Positions 10,627 to 22,487 of a stretch of 64,000 nt of DNA are shown here, piece after piece. Made by a program: the position numbers and the translations under genes. Source of the stretch: an uncultured delta proteobacterium (GTDB taxonomy: Bacteria; Myxococcota_A; Polyangia; Fen-1088); contig CAVYGB010000008.1 of NCBI GenBank assembly GCA_963767925.1, positions 32,001-96,000 of the forward strand. Reading direction: 5' to 3'. Below the pieces are notes generated by a model, which did not search any database, was not told where the DNA came from, and saw only the letters and a program-made list of their open reading frames with translations. Numbering within the stretch: position 1 is the first letter of the stretch; every line of letters starts with the position of its first letter.

Positions 10627-10889
10627 CCGTCCAGAGGGCCTGACGCCGCCGGCGCCGCCGCTCCCGGAAAGGCGGCGCCGCCGGCCACCGGACGCTCGAT
10701 CGGGCCAGGCCCGGGCTCGGCCCGGGATGTGCGGCGCCGGCGCACCGGGAACCACGCGCGCCAGCTCCCCAAGTGACAGCCAGGTGAACCGGGGTGGTTT
10801 TCGTTTGACTGCCGGGTCCGGTGGGAAACAATCGAATCGTAGTTGTTGCCCCGAACCGACCAGGTGGGTGGAGATGCACGGAGGTGGGT

Positions 10890-12041
10890 ATGACCCGGAT
10901 TCTGGTGATCGACGACGACGACCTGACGGTGAACAGCTACACGCGCACCCTCAGCCGCCTCGGCTACACCGTCGAGAGCGCCAGCAACGGCCGGGCAGGG
11001 CTCGAGCGCTTCCGCGGTAACACCTTCGGCGCCATCGTCTCGGACCTCGACATGCCCGACATGGACGGGATCGCCTTCCTGCGGGAGCTGCGCCGCTTCG
11101 ACCTCGACATCCCGGTCCTCATCATCACCGGGTCGCCCTCGCTCGACACCGCCACCCGGGCGGTGGAGTACGGCGCCTTCCGCTACGTCAACAAGCCGGT
11201 GCCCGCCGAGGACCTCGGCTGGCTGGTCGAGCGGGCGGTGCGGATCCACGAGATGGCCCGCCTGCGCCGGCTGGCCCTCAACTTCATGGAGCAGTCGGGC
11301 CACGCCCTCGGCGATCGGGCCGGCCTGGAGGCGCGCTTCGAGTCGGCCATGGCCTCCACCCGCATGGCCTTCCAGCCCATCATCTCCTGGCAGCAGCGCA
11401 AGGTGATCGCCTACGAGGCCCTGCTGCGCAACCAGGAGCCCACTCTGCTGCGTCCGGACCACTTCCTCGACGCGGCCAACCGCCTGGGCCGCCTGCAGGA
11501 CCTCGGCCGCCGGGTGCGGACCTGCGTTGCCCGCGAGGTCGAGGCGGAGGCCCCGCCCGACGTGCGGATCTTCGTCAACCTGCACGCCTCGGATCTCAAC
11601 GACGACGAGCTGATGTTGCCGAGCGCCCCGCTGACCAGGCTGGCCAGCCGGGTGACCCTCGAGGTCACCGAGCGCGCCTCGCTGCATGACTCGGGCGACA
11701 TCCGCTCCCGCTTCGAGGCCCTGCGGGCCCTCGGCTACAGCCTGGCGGTCGACGATCTCGGGGCCGGCTACGCAGGCCTGTCCAGCCTGTCGCTCGTCGA
11801 TCCCGAGGTGGTCAAGCTGGACATGTCGCTGGTGCGCGACGTGGACAAACACGGCGGCAAGCAGGAGGTCATCAAGTCGATGGCCCACCTGGCCAAGGGC
11901 CTGGAGATGGAGCTCATCGTCGAGGGGGTCGAGACCGTCGCCGAGCGGGACGTCCTCGCCGGGCTGGGCTGCGACCTCATGCAGGGCTACCTGTTCGCCC
12001 GCCCCGCCTTCGGCTTCGCCGTCCCCGACCTCGAGGGCTGA
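10890..12041 (+). CDS. response regulator with EAL domain (c-di-GMP phosphodiesterase)
   Basis: REC domain (ILVIDDD, SDLDMPDMDG, KP). EAL motifs look intact: YEALLR, FVNL, LEVTE, DDLGAGY, VKLD, EGVE, QGYLF. Confidence 0.92.
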   Translation: MTRILVIDDDDLTVNSYTRTLSRLGYTVESASNGRAGLERFRGNTFGAIVSDLDMPDMDGIAFLRELRRFDLDIPVLIITGSPSLDTATRAVEYGAFRYVNKPVPAEDLGWLVERAVRIHEMARLRRLALNFMEQSGHALGDRAGLEARFESAMASTRMAFQPIISWQQRKVIAYEALLRNQEPTLLRPDHFLDAANRLGRLQDLGRRVRTCVAREVEAEAPPDVRIFVNLHASDLNDDELMLPSAPLTRLASRVTLEVTERASLHDSGDIRSRFEALRALGYSLAVDDLGAGYAGLSSLSLVDPEVVKLDMSLVRDVDKHGGKQEVIKSMAHLAKGLEMELIVEGVETVAERDVLAGLGCDLMQGYLFARPAFGFAVPDLEG

Positions 12042-12060
12042 GCGCGCGGGTCCCGCCCGC

Positions 12061-12753
12061 TCAGTGCTTGCCGTACTCCAGCTCGGTGCCGCTGCGCTGG
12101 CTGACGATGTAGGCCTCCATGGCGCGCATGCGGGGGTCGTCCGCGTCCATGGGTTTGGCCCGGACCGGGTGCTCGAGGCACCAGTTGATCATGTCCCGCA
12201 GGAGGGCCACCCGGCCGATCTGGGTCTGGAACTTGGGGTAGGTCTCGGGGTGGGTGTTGGCGGCGTTGGGGTGGCACATGTCGCAGGAGACGGCCACCGT
12301 GCTGCCGAGCTCGTCGGCGCTGTGGAAGACCTTGGAGCCGGCCACCACCAGCCGTTCGGTCTCGCGCTTCCAGGCCAGGAGGTCCTTCTCCCCGAACTGG
12401 CGGTAGGGGTGGCCGGCGGCCTGGGTCGAGCGGGCCAGCAGGTCCTTGTTGTCGGCGGCGGGCAGGAAGGTGCGGCTCTTGCGCTCCTCCGCCTCCCAGT
12501 CGATCTGGGGGTTCTTGCCCTTCCATTTGGCCATCAGGTCGTCAGCGATGGCCTGGCCGGTGGTGCGGTCGAGGGGGGCGTTGGCCGGGATGCTCGTCGT
12601 CGTGTGGTTGTCGCAGAGCTTGACCTCGGTGCGGCCGCTGCCTGCCTCGCCGACCGCGACGGCGGGGGCGGAGGAGGGGGCGGGGGGCGAGGCGGGTTGG
12701 CTGGTGGCGCAGGTGGTGGCCAGCAGCAGCGGGAACAGCTTGATGATGCGCAT
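12061..12753 (-). CDS. periplasmic monoheme c-type cytochrome, SoxA/TsdA heme-domain-like (probable His/Cys ligation)
   Basis: Signal or lipoprotein-like N-terminus; CDMCH; YPKF...LRDMINWC...MRAMEAYI parallels the TsdA/SoxA domain pattern. Confidence 0.8.
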   Translation of the reverse strand: MRIIKLFPLLLATTCATSQPASPPAPSSAPAVAVGEAGSGRTEVKLCDNHTTTSIPANAPLDRTTGQAIADDLMAKWKGKNPQIDWEAEERKSRTFLPAADNKDLLARSTQAAGHPYRQFGEKDLLAWKRETERLVVAGSKVFHSADELGSTVAVSCDMCHPNAANTHPETYPKFQTQIGRVALLRDMINWCLEHPVRAKPMDADDPRMRAMEAYIVSQRSGTELEYGKH

Positions 12754-12763
12754 GGGGTGGTCC

Positions 12764-13893
12764 TCAGTAGCTTCCGGCGTTGGGCTTGGGCGAGGCCTGC
12801 TTGCGGCCGGCGCTCGCCAGGTAGGCGCTGGTGACGGTCATGGGGTTGCGGTTCCAGAGGTTGTAGAGCTTGTCCACCACCGCGCCGGGGTGGACCACGA
12901 TCTGGCCGTCCCCGCAGCCGTCGTTGGGGTTGAAGGGATCGGGGCGGTTCATCTGGATGGTGAGCTCGGGCAGCCCCTGGGGGGCGTAGGGCCAGGGCCA
13001 GGCGGTCGAGAGCATCCCGTGGAAGTGGATGTTGCCGATCCGGTTGGTCAGCACCTGGTGGGTGTGGCCGTGGATGACCACCACCTTGCGGAACTTCCGC
13101 AGCAGGGCCTGCACCTCGTCGGCGTCGTCGGTCCAGAAGTTCCACTGCTTGTAGAGCTTGTAGAGGGGGGAGTGGGAAAACACGATGAGGGGGGTGCTGG
13201 CGGAGACCCCGGCGAGGTCCTTCTTCAGCCAGGCCCGCTGCTCGGCCCCCACCGTGAAGGGGTTCTGCTTGCCGTTGTCCAGGCCGGCCACCGTCATCAT
13301 GCGCTCCATGGGGGTGAGCCCCCTGGCCGTCCAGAAGTCCGCCTCCACCACGCTGTTGAGCACGACGAAGTGCACCCCCTTGTGGTCGAAGGCGTAGGTG
13401 GGCTGCCCGAAGTGGTGGCGCCAGCGCTCCCCCATGTCGAGGTACCAATCGTGCTCGCCGACCATCATGCGCACGGGGGCCTTCACGCTCTTGAGAATCT
13501 CCGCCCCCAGGTCGAGCTCCTCCTTCTGCCCGAGCTGGGCCAGGTCGCCGCCGTAGAGCACGAAGTCCGGCTGGGGGTCGAGGGCGTTGACGTCCTCGAC
13601 CGCCCGGAGCAGCGCGCGCACGAAGCGGTCGTTGATCTCCTTCTTGTAGAGGTGCGAGTCGGAGATGTACGCGATGCGGAAGCCGGGGGTGGCGGCCTCG
13701 GCTCCCCGCACGTCGATCGGCATGAAGGAGTGGGGGTTGATGGTCACCCCGCTGGCCAGCGCGGCGGCGGCGGCCGCGCCGCTGGCCCGCAGGAAGTCCC
13801 GCCGCTCGAGCCGGCGCAGGCCCCGCAGGGCCTCCTCGCGCTCGGCGAGGTAGCGGCTCTCGACGCTGGGCAGGCCGTTGGGACGTCGGATCT

Positions 13894-13897
<4 letters not shown>
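12764..13897 (-). CDS. Tat-exported calcineurin-like metallophosphoesterase
   Basis: ERRDFLRA Tat motif; DSH, GGD, GEHD, FSHSP, HGHTH. The start overlaps the upstream stop (ATGA at 13894-13897). Confidence 0.9.
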
Positions 13898-15225
<1,328 letters not shown>

Positions 15226-15240
15226 GGTAGGCCCTCCGGA

Positions 15241-15258
15241 AAGCACGGTCCGTGCCGA
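15241..15258 (-). promoter_or_regulatory. sigma-54 (-24/-12) promoter for the di-heme/phosphoesterase/cytochrome operon
   Basis: Minus strand reads tCGGCACggaccGTGCtt (GG-N10-GC), and a sigma-54 activator gene is adjacent. Caveat: the predicted start of transcription (about 15231) falls just downstream of the GGAGG at 15233-15237. Confidence 0.7.
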
Positions 15259-15333
15259 TCGAAACAATTCCCGGCCAATCCAGGTAACACGTGGGTTTCA
15301 ACCTCCTGAAAACACCTGATGGTGCCGGCGTAA

Positions 15334-15413
15334 CAACGTCCGGCCGGTGCTGGCAACGATACTTCGGTGTCGAGAACGACGACCCGAACCCTTGCCACAA
15401 CGCCGGGCCGGTG
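15334..15413. promoter_or_regulatory. three copies of CAACG-N6-CGGTG (candidate enhancer sites)
   Basis: Copies at 15334-15349, 15354-15369 and 15398-15413; near-palindromic; about 75-155 bp from the sigma-54 promoter. Confidence 0.65.
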
Positions 15414-15414
15414 C

Positions 15415-17016
<1,602 letters not shown>

Positions 17017-17111
17017 CGGTCTCCCCGCGCGAGCCAGCTCGAGACCCTTTACAGACCAACCTGCCATCGAGCGGCAAGGGCAACGGCCCGCTGTCGGAGG
17101 ACGGCCGCTCG

Positions 17112-17234
17112 ATGACCCGCACCTTCCAGTACCTCACGGCGCTGTCGCCCGAAAAGCCGCTCTGTTACACCGGGCCCGCCAGCCGCGCTTACCTCTATAC
17201 ACCGACGAGCACCGGACCTGGGTGCCCGGCCTGA
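17112..17234 (+). CDS. possible 40-aa small protein or gene remnant
   Basis: Strong GC3 bias and GGAGG at 17096-17100. The frame is also open upstream to 17013. Confidence 0.3.
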   Translation: MTRTFQYLTALSPEKPLCYTGPASRAYLYTPTSTGPGCPA

Positions 17235-17353
17235 TGGCCACCATCACCCCGAAGCGCTCGGCGCCCTGACCCGGGGGACCGCGCCCTGCGGGGCCCGACG
17301 GCGAGGGGACTGAATAATGCCAACGCTCCGGACGTTACCGGGTCATATAGATC

Positions 17354-18787
17354 ATGCGCGCGCGAGCCGGAGCGTTCCTGACCGTTGCTGTGATGTCGAC
17401 CACCCTCGTTCAATGCGGGGGGAACGAGGCGGGTGCGCCCGACGCGGCCTCGGAGCCGGCCGACGCCGGTGCGGGTCCCGCGGACGGGGGGACGCGGGCG
17501 GCGATCGACGGTCCGCCCGGAGACCGGTTCATGTTCGATGTGCCGCCGCCGGCCGATCCGCCCGCGCCGCCGCCCTGGCTGAGCCGCGACGTGGGCGCGG
17601 TCGGGGTGCGGGGCCGGACCAGCCTGGCGGCCGGGCTGTTCTTCGTGCGCGGCGCGGGGAACCTGGCGGGAGCCGGGGCCGCCGACGCCTTCCAGTTCCT
17701 GCAACAGACTGTCCCCGGTGACGGGGAGGTGGTGGCCCACCTGGCGGAGATCGAGGATCCCGATCCGGCGGTCCGGGCGGGCGTCATGATCCGCGGGTCG
17801 CTCGACCCCGGGGCGCCCTACTTCGCCCTCCTGCGCTCGGGGGAGGGGACGGGGTCGCTGCAGTGGCGGTCGAGCTTCGGGGCGCCGACCGAGACGAGCA
17901 CGGCGAAGCTTCCGGCGGGTCCCTGGCTCAAGCTGGTGCGCGCGGGCACCGACCTGCGCGCCTTCGTCTCCCCGGACCGGCAGGCCTGGACGGAGGTGGG
18001 CCAGCTCGCGATGCCCTTCCCGGGTCCACTCCTGCTGGGCCTCGCGGTGAGCGGACCGGCGCCCGACCGGCTGGCGACGGCGGTGTTCCACAGTGCCCGG
18101 GTCACCAACGCCCCCGCCCCCTGGATCGACAGCGACATCGGCGACGTCGCCTTCCCCGGCTCGGCCCGGATGACCGCCGATCGGGTCGAGCTGATCGGCA
18201 CCGGCAGCGACATCGGGGGGACCAGCGACCAGTTCCTCTACCTGCACCGGCCCTTCGCCGGCGACGGCGAGATCACGGCGCACGTCGTGACCTTCGCCTT
18301 CGCCGATCCGGGCTCCAAGGTGGGGCTCATGTTCCGCGCCGGTCCCGGCCCCGGCGCCCCCCACCTCTCGTTGCTGCTCACTCCGCTCGGCAACGTCCTG
18401 CTCAGGCGCCCGGCCCCGGGGGCCTCCACGCTGGGGGTGATGAGCACGCTGGGCCAGCTCCCGCAGGTCTGGCTGCGCATGACCCGGATCGGCTCCCTGG
18501 TCGACAGCTACCTCTCCCCCGACGGGGTGAGCTGGCAGCGGCTCCGCCGCGAGGACCTGGCGATGACCCCGCCCGGGGCGCCCCCCTCGCCCCCGCTGAC
18601 CAGCGTGGGCCTGGTCCTCAGCGCCCGGAGCAACGGGCGCGTCAGCGGCGCCCGGCTGGACAAGGTGGTGGTGACGACCTACCCGCCTTACCCCGTCGAC
18701 GCGGGCCCGCCGCCGCTTCCGGGGGTCGGTCTCCCGGTGCCGTCCGACGCGGGAGCGCCCGCCGACGCCGCGCCGGAGGCGCCGTGA
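17354..18787 (+). CDS. probable lipoprotein with two tandem DUF1349/concanavalin-like beta-sandwich repeats
   Basis: LVQCGG lipobox-like motif. Two repeats: W.S.D[VI]G...G.G.....D.F.[FY]......GDGE..A...G.M.R...WL[KR]..R.G.......SPD...W. Confidence 0.75.
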   Translation: MRARAGAFLTVAVMSTTLVQCGGNEAGAPDAASEPADAGAGPADGGTRAAIDGPPGDRFMFDVPPPADPPAPPPWLSRDVGAVGVRGRTSLAAGLFFVRGAGNLAGAGAADAFQFLQQTVPGDGEVVAHLAEIEDPDPAVRAGVMIRGSLDPGAPYFALLRSGEGTGSLQWRSSFGAPTETSTAKLPAGPWLKLVRAGTDLRAFVSPDRQAWTEVGQLAMPFPGPLLLGLAVSGPAPDRLATAVFHSARVTNAPAPWIDSDIGDVAFPGSARMTADRVELIGTGSDIGGTSDQFLYLHRPFAGDGEITAHVVTFAFADPGSKVGLMFRAGPGPGAPHLSLLLTPLGNVLLRRPAPGASTLGVMSTLGQLPQVWLRMTRIGSLVDSYLSPDGVSWQRLRREDLAMTPPGAPPSPPLTSVGLVLSARSNGRVSGARLDKVVVTTYPPYPVDAGPPPLPGVGLPVPSDAGAPADAAPEAP

Positions 18788-21048
18788 GGGGGCGAGCGGC
18801 GGTCCTGGCCACGGCCGGGGCGATCGCGCTGGTGGCAGGGTGCGGGGAGGAGCGCGACGGCGCGGGCGCGCTCGTGATCTCCGAGGTGATGTACCACCCG
18901 GTGCTCGAGGGGGCGACCGAGGCGCACGAGTTCGTGGAGATTCACAACCCCGGTCCCGACCCGGTCGACCTCGGCGGGTGGACCCTGCGGATCGACGGGG
19001 AAGAACGCTTCACCTTCGACGCCGGCACCGGCATCGCGGCGGGCGGCTACCGGGTTGTCGCGCGCGACCGGCAGGCGCTGGCCGGCATCGCCGCCTATCG
19101 ACTGGCGGTGGACGACCTCCTCGGCGACTACCGGGGCGACCTGGACAACGACGGCGGCGAGCTGGCGCTGGTCGACGCCGGCGGGCGGGCGGTCGACACG
19201 GTGGCCTACGACGACGGCTGGCCCTGGCCGGTCGGGGCCGACGCCCTGGGGGCGGGCGAAGGCTGGTTGCCCGCGGAGCAGCTACCGCTCGAGCGGCACC
19301 GGGCGATGGGACGTTCGCTCGAGCGCTACCGCTTCGACCTGTCGGGGCGCGAGGCGCGCAACTGGGAAGCCTCCCCGCTCGACGGGGCCACCCCCGGCCG
19401 GGCCAACACGGTCTCGGGCCCGCCACCCGTCCGGGTCCTCGCTCTGCGCGCGATCGGGCCGGCCGGTGGTGCTCCGCTGGGCGGGGCGCCGGTGGGCGTG
19501 GAGGCCACCTTGTCGGACGGCCCGCCGGCCGACCTCGCGGTCGAATTTTTCGTCGATCGCCTCGATCGGGACGACGAGGTCCGGGAGGTCGTCCCGCTGA
19601 ACGGGCAGGGGAGTGCCTTCCGGGCGACCCTCCCCGCCCTCGCCGCCGAGTCGATCGTGCGCTACCGGATCCGCGGCCGGCGCGCCGGCCCCGATCCTGC
19701 GCTGGAGACCGTCTCGCCGCGCCCCTCGGATCCGTTCCCCTGGCACGCCTACTTCGTGAGCCCCGCCGAGGACGAGCCCGGCTACCGGATCTTCATCGCC
19801 CCTGCGGCCTGGACCGCGATGTGGACGAACCTCTTCGCCTTCGGCGCGCTCAACCCGGCGCCCAACTACGGCTGCCTGGTCAACCCGACCTGGGACGAAC
19901 GGGTGCCGGCGGTGTTCGTGGCCGGCGGCCAGGTCCACGACGTCCGCGTTCGCTACCAGGGCGGCCGCTCGCAGCGGTCGGTCGGGCCCCGCATTCCGAG
20001 CTGGCCGCAGGCGGGCCCAGACCTGCCGGCGCCGCTGCGGGTCCTGAGCTGGAACGTGAGCTTTCCCCGCTACGCCCCCCTCGGCAAGCGCCGGCAGCTC
20101 GCGCTCAAGAAGAGCCATCAGGCCTGTCCGGGGGTGCTCAACGCCGCCCTCGCCGATCTGTTCTGGCAGGCCGGGATCCCCGGCGATCGTTTCGCCTTTC
20201 AGCCCCTGCGGATCAACGGCGCCGCCTACGACTACATCCTCGACGTCGATCCCCTCTCCGAGGAGGTCATGCAGCGGTTCGAGGGGGACGGCCCGGCGGG
20301 CGATCTCTTCAAGGCCGACGGCTGGTCCCGGGACGAGGGGCCCTGGGGCCCCAGCAACTTCACGCCGCTGACCGACCACTGCGGCTTTCCGGCCTGGCAG
20401 CGCTACGCCGCAAGCTACGAGCGGCAGTCCAACGGCTGGAAGGAGGGGCCGGACGACCCCGAGCTGGCCGAGATCATCCGGGCGATCGAGGGGCTGGCCG
20501 CGGCCCGCGTCCAGGGCCCGGCGGCGACGCGGGCGGCGCTCGCCGGGATCTTCGACGTCGACCAGCTCCTCACTCTGTTCGCCATGCGGAACTTCCTCGG
20601 CGCCTGGGACGACGCCTACCACAACTACCAGCTCTACAAGCGCCGGGCCGACGGCAAGTGGCTGGTGCTGCCGCTGGACTTCGATCAGGAGCTGGGCGGC
20701 GATCCCGCCGGCCCCTGGCCCACCTTCGCCCACCCGCCCGGCTCGTCGTTTTATCTCGGTGAGGCCGGGAACGGCAGCAACCGCCTGCCCCTCATCAACA
20801 GGATCAAAGACGCGGTCCTGGCGAGCTACCGGGCCGAGTTCGACGGGAGGCTGCGCGAGCTGGCGGCGGGGGTGCTCTCCGCCGACAACGTGCTGCAGGC
20901 CATCGACCGGGCCGACGCCCGCTTCAGCCGCGAGGCCTGGCTCGCGGCGCCGGCGGAGAAGTCATGCGACGTCGAGGCCCGGCTGCAGGCCGCCCGCACC
21001 TGGATCGAGCAGCGGCACCTGGTGCTGCGCTACTTCGGGCTCCGCTGA
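18784..21048 (+). CDS. lipoprotein with lamin-tail domain and CotH-like kinase domain
   Basis: GTGA overlap with the upstream stop; LVAGC lipobox; ISEVMYHP..EFVEIHNPG..VDLGGW (lamin-tail domain); WDDAYHNYQLY...LPLDFD (CotH). Confidence 0.8.
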   Translation: MRGRAAVLATAGAIALVAGCGEERDGAGALVISEVMYHPVLEGATEAHEFVEIHNPGPDPVDLGGWTLRIDGEERFTFDAGTGIAAGGYRVVARDRQALAGIAAYRLAVDDLLGDYRGDLDNDGGELALVDAGGRAVDTVAYDDGWPWPVGADALGAGEGWLPAEQLPLERHRAMGRSLERYRFDLSGREARNWEASPLDGATPGRANTVSGPPPVRVLALRAIGPAGGAPLGGAPVGVEATLSDGPPADLAVEFFVDRLDRDDEVREVVPLNGQGSAFRATLPALAAESIVRYRIRGRRAGPDPALETVSPRPSDPFPWHAYFVSPAEDEPGYRIFIAPAAWTAMWTNLFAFGALNPAPNYGCLVNPTWDERVPAVFVAGGQVHDVRVRYQGGRSQRSVGPRIPSWPQAGPDLPAPLRVLSWNVSFPRYAPLGKRRQLALKKSHQACPGVLNAALADLFWQAGIPGDRFAFQPLRINGAAYDYILDVDPLSEEVMQRFEGDGPAGDLFKADGWSRDEGPWGPSNFTPLTDHCGFPAWQRYAASYERQSNGWKEGPDDPELAEIIRAIEGLAAARVQGPAATRAALAGIFDVDQLLTLFAMRNFLGAWDDAYHNYQLYKRRADGKWLVLPLDFDQELGGDPAGPWPTFAHPPGSSFYLGEAGNGSNRLPLINRIKDAVLASYRAEFDGRLRELAAGVLSADNVLQAIDRADARFSREAWLAAPAEKSCDVEARLQAARTWIEQRHLVLRYFGLR

Positions 21049-22235
21049 GGCGGGGTGGGTGGCGCCGCCGGCCCGTAGGTCAGCTCGCGGCCGCGATCGG
21101 AGACGGTGACGAGGTTCTCCGACCCGCTCGCCGCCTCGATGTGCCCCACGCGGCGGGCGGCGACGCCGAACCCCTCGCTGATCTCGACCAGCGCCGGCAC
21201 GGCGGCCGGGCGGCAGTAGACCTCCATCCGGTGGCCCATGTTGAAGACCTGGTAGAGGTCGCGGGGCGGGACCCCGGCGTCCTCCAGGGCCCGGAAGATC
21301 GCCGGAGGATCGAAGAGGGCATCCTTGATGTAGTGCAGGCCGCTGCCGAAGCGGCGGCACTTGGCCTGTCCGCCGCCGCTGCAGTGGACCACGCCGCCGA
21401 TGTCGCCCGCGTGGGCGGCGAGCATGGCCTTGATGACCGGGGCATAGGTCCGGGTGGGGGAGAGCAGCCCCCAGGCCACCGTCTGCTCGCTGCCCGGCAG
21501 GCGATCCCCCAGGCCGAAGGGGCCGCAATAGACCACCTCCCGATCGAGGGTCTCGGCGTAGGTCTCGGGGTAGAGGTCGCGGTAGCGCGGGTGCAGGAGG
21601 ATGTGGCGGGCCAGGGTCAGGCCGTTCGAGCCGATGCCCGAGTTCTCCTGGTCCTCGTAGCGGCTGCGGCCGGAGGAGGCCAGCCCGACGATGGCGTCGC
21701 CCGGGCGGATGCCCGTCGTGTCGATCACCCGGGCCCTCTCGAGCCGCACGAAGACGGTCGAGTCGATGATGATCGTTCGCACGAGATCGCCGAGGTCGGC
21801 GGTCTCCCCGCCGGCCAGCGCCACCTCGATCCCGAGCGCGCGCAGGCGGGCGGCGAAGGCCTCGTAGCCGTGGATCACGGCGCCGACGACCTCGCCCCCG
21901 ACCCGCTGGGCGTTGCGGCCGATGGTGTTGCTGACAACGAACCCGCCCACCGCGCCGACGCAGATCAGGTCGTCGAGGTTCATCACCAGCGAGTCCTGCG
22001 CCACGTCCTTCCAGACCTGCAGGTCACCCGTCTCGCGGAACCGGATGTAGGCGACCGTCGACTTGGTCCCGGCCCCGTCGGCGTGCATGACCGACACCAT
22101 CGCCCCGTCACCCGCGACGTCCGGGCCGATCTTGCAGAAGGCCGCCGGGAACAGCCCGGCCGAGACGCCGACGAGCGCGCGGTGCACGTCCTCCTTGGTG
22201 GCAGATACGCCGCGTCGTTCGTACTCGCTCGTCAT
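21030..22235 (-). CDS. purM: AIR synthase (phosphoribosylformylglycinamidine cyclo-ligase), long form
   Basis: YERRGVSATKEDVH, AFCKI, HADGAGTKS, MNLDDLICVG, GGETADLGD, GIGSNGLT, HCSGGGQ, QVFNMGHRMEVY. Confidence 0.9.
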   Translation of the reverse strand: MTSEYERRGVSATKEDVHRALVGVSAGLFPAAFCKIGPDVAGDGAMVSVMHADGAGTKSTVAYIRFRETGDLQVWKDVAQDSLVMNLDDLICVGAVGGFVVSNTIGRNAQRVGGEVVGAVIHGYEAFAARLRALGIEVALAGGETADLGDLVRTIIIDSTVFVRLERARVIDTTGIRPGDAIVGLASSGRSRYEDQENSGIGSNGLTLARHILLHPRYRDLYPETYAETLDREVVYCGPFGLGDRLPGSEQTVAWGLLSPTRTYAPVIKAMLAAHAGDIGGVVHCSGGGQAKCRRFGSGLHYIKDALFDPPAIFRALEDAGVPPRDLYQVFNMGHRMEVYCRPAAVPALVEISEGFGVAARRVGHIEAASGSENLVTVSDRGRELTYGPAAPPTPPQRSPK

Positions 22236-22367
22236 GGCGGGCGGACCCTAACACGCCCGCGCGGGCGAAGTAGTTGCCGGCCGCCCGCGGCTGTCACCCG
22301 CCCCCGGCCGTGGCGCCCTGGAAACCTTTCCGATACCGGGCGGCGCGGGGATCGGGCGCGGCAGTGG

Positions 22368-22397
22368 TTGACGGAGGCCGGGTCCCACCCGTAGCGT
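22368..22397 (+). promoter_or_regulatory. possible sigma-70 promoter
   Basis: TTGACG-N18-TAGCGT upstream of the lipoprotein/TonB receptor operon. Confidence 0.35.
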
Positions 22398-22487
22398 GCG
22401 CCCTGTATCAGGCGAGTCGCCGTCGATCTTGGGGACGGGCGGCGGGACACCCGCGGTTGGCGGCGCAACGAGCGCGAGGAGGTCGAA

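Noticed and set aside
10627..10889. c-di-GMP riboswitch upstream of the REC-EAL gene
   Set aside because: Only generic GC hairpins are visible; I could not match the class I or II consensus by eye. An Rfam scan would settle it.
17863..18783. N-terminal extension of the CotH ORF
   Set aside because: It overlaps the upstream lipoprotein in another frame. GTG 18784 gives a proper signal peptide.
22236..22487. ZTP or purine riboswitch upstream of purM
   Set aside because: No recognisable consensus on the minus strand.
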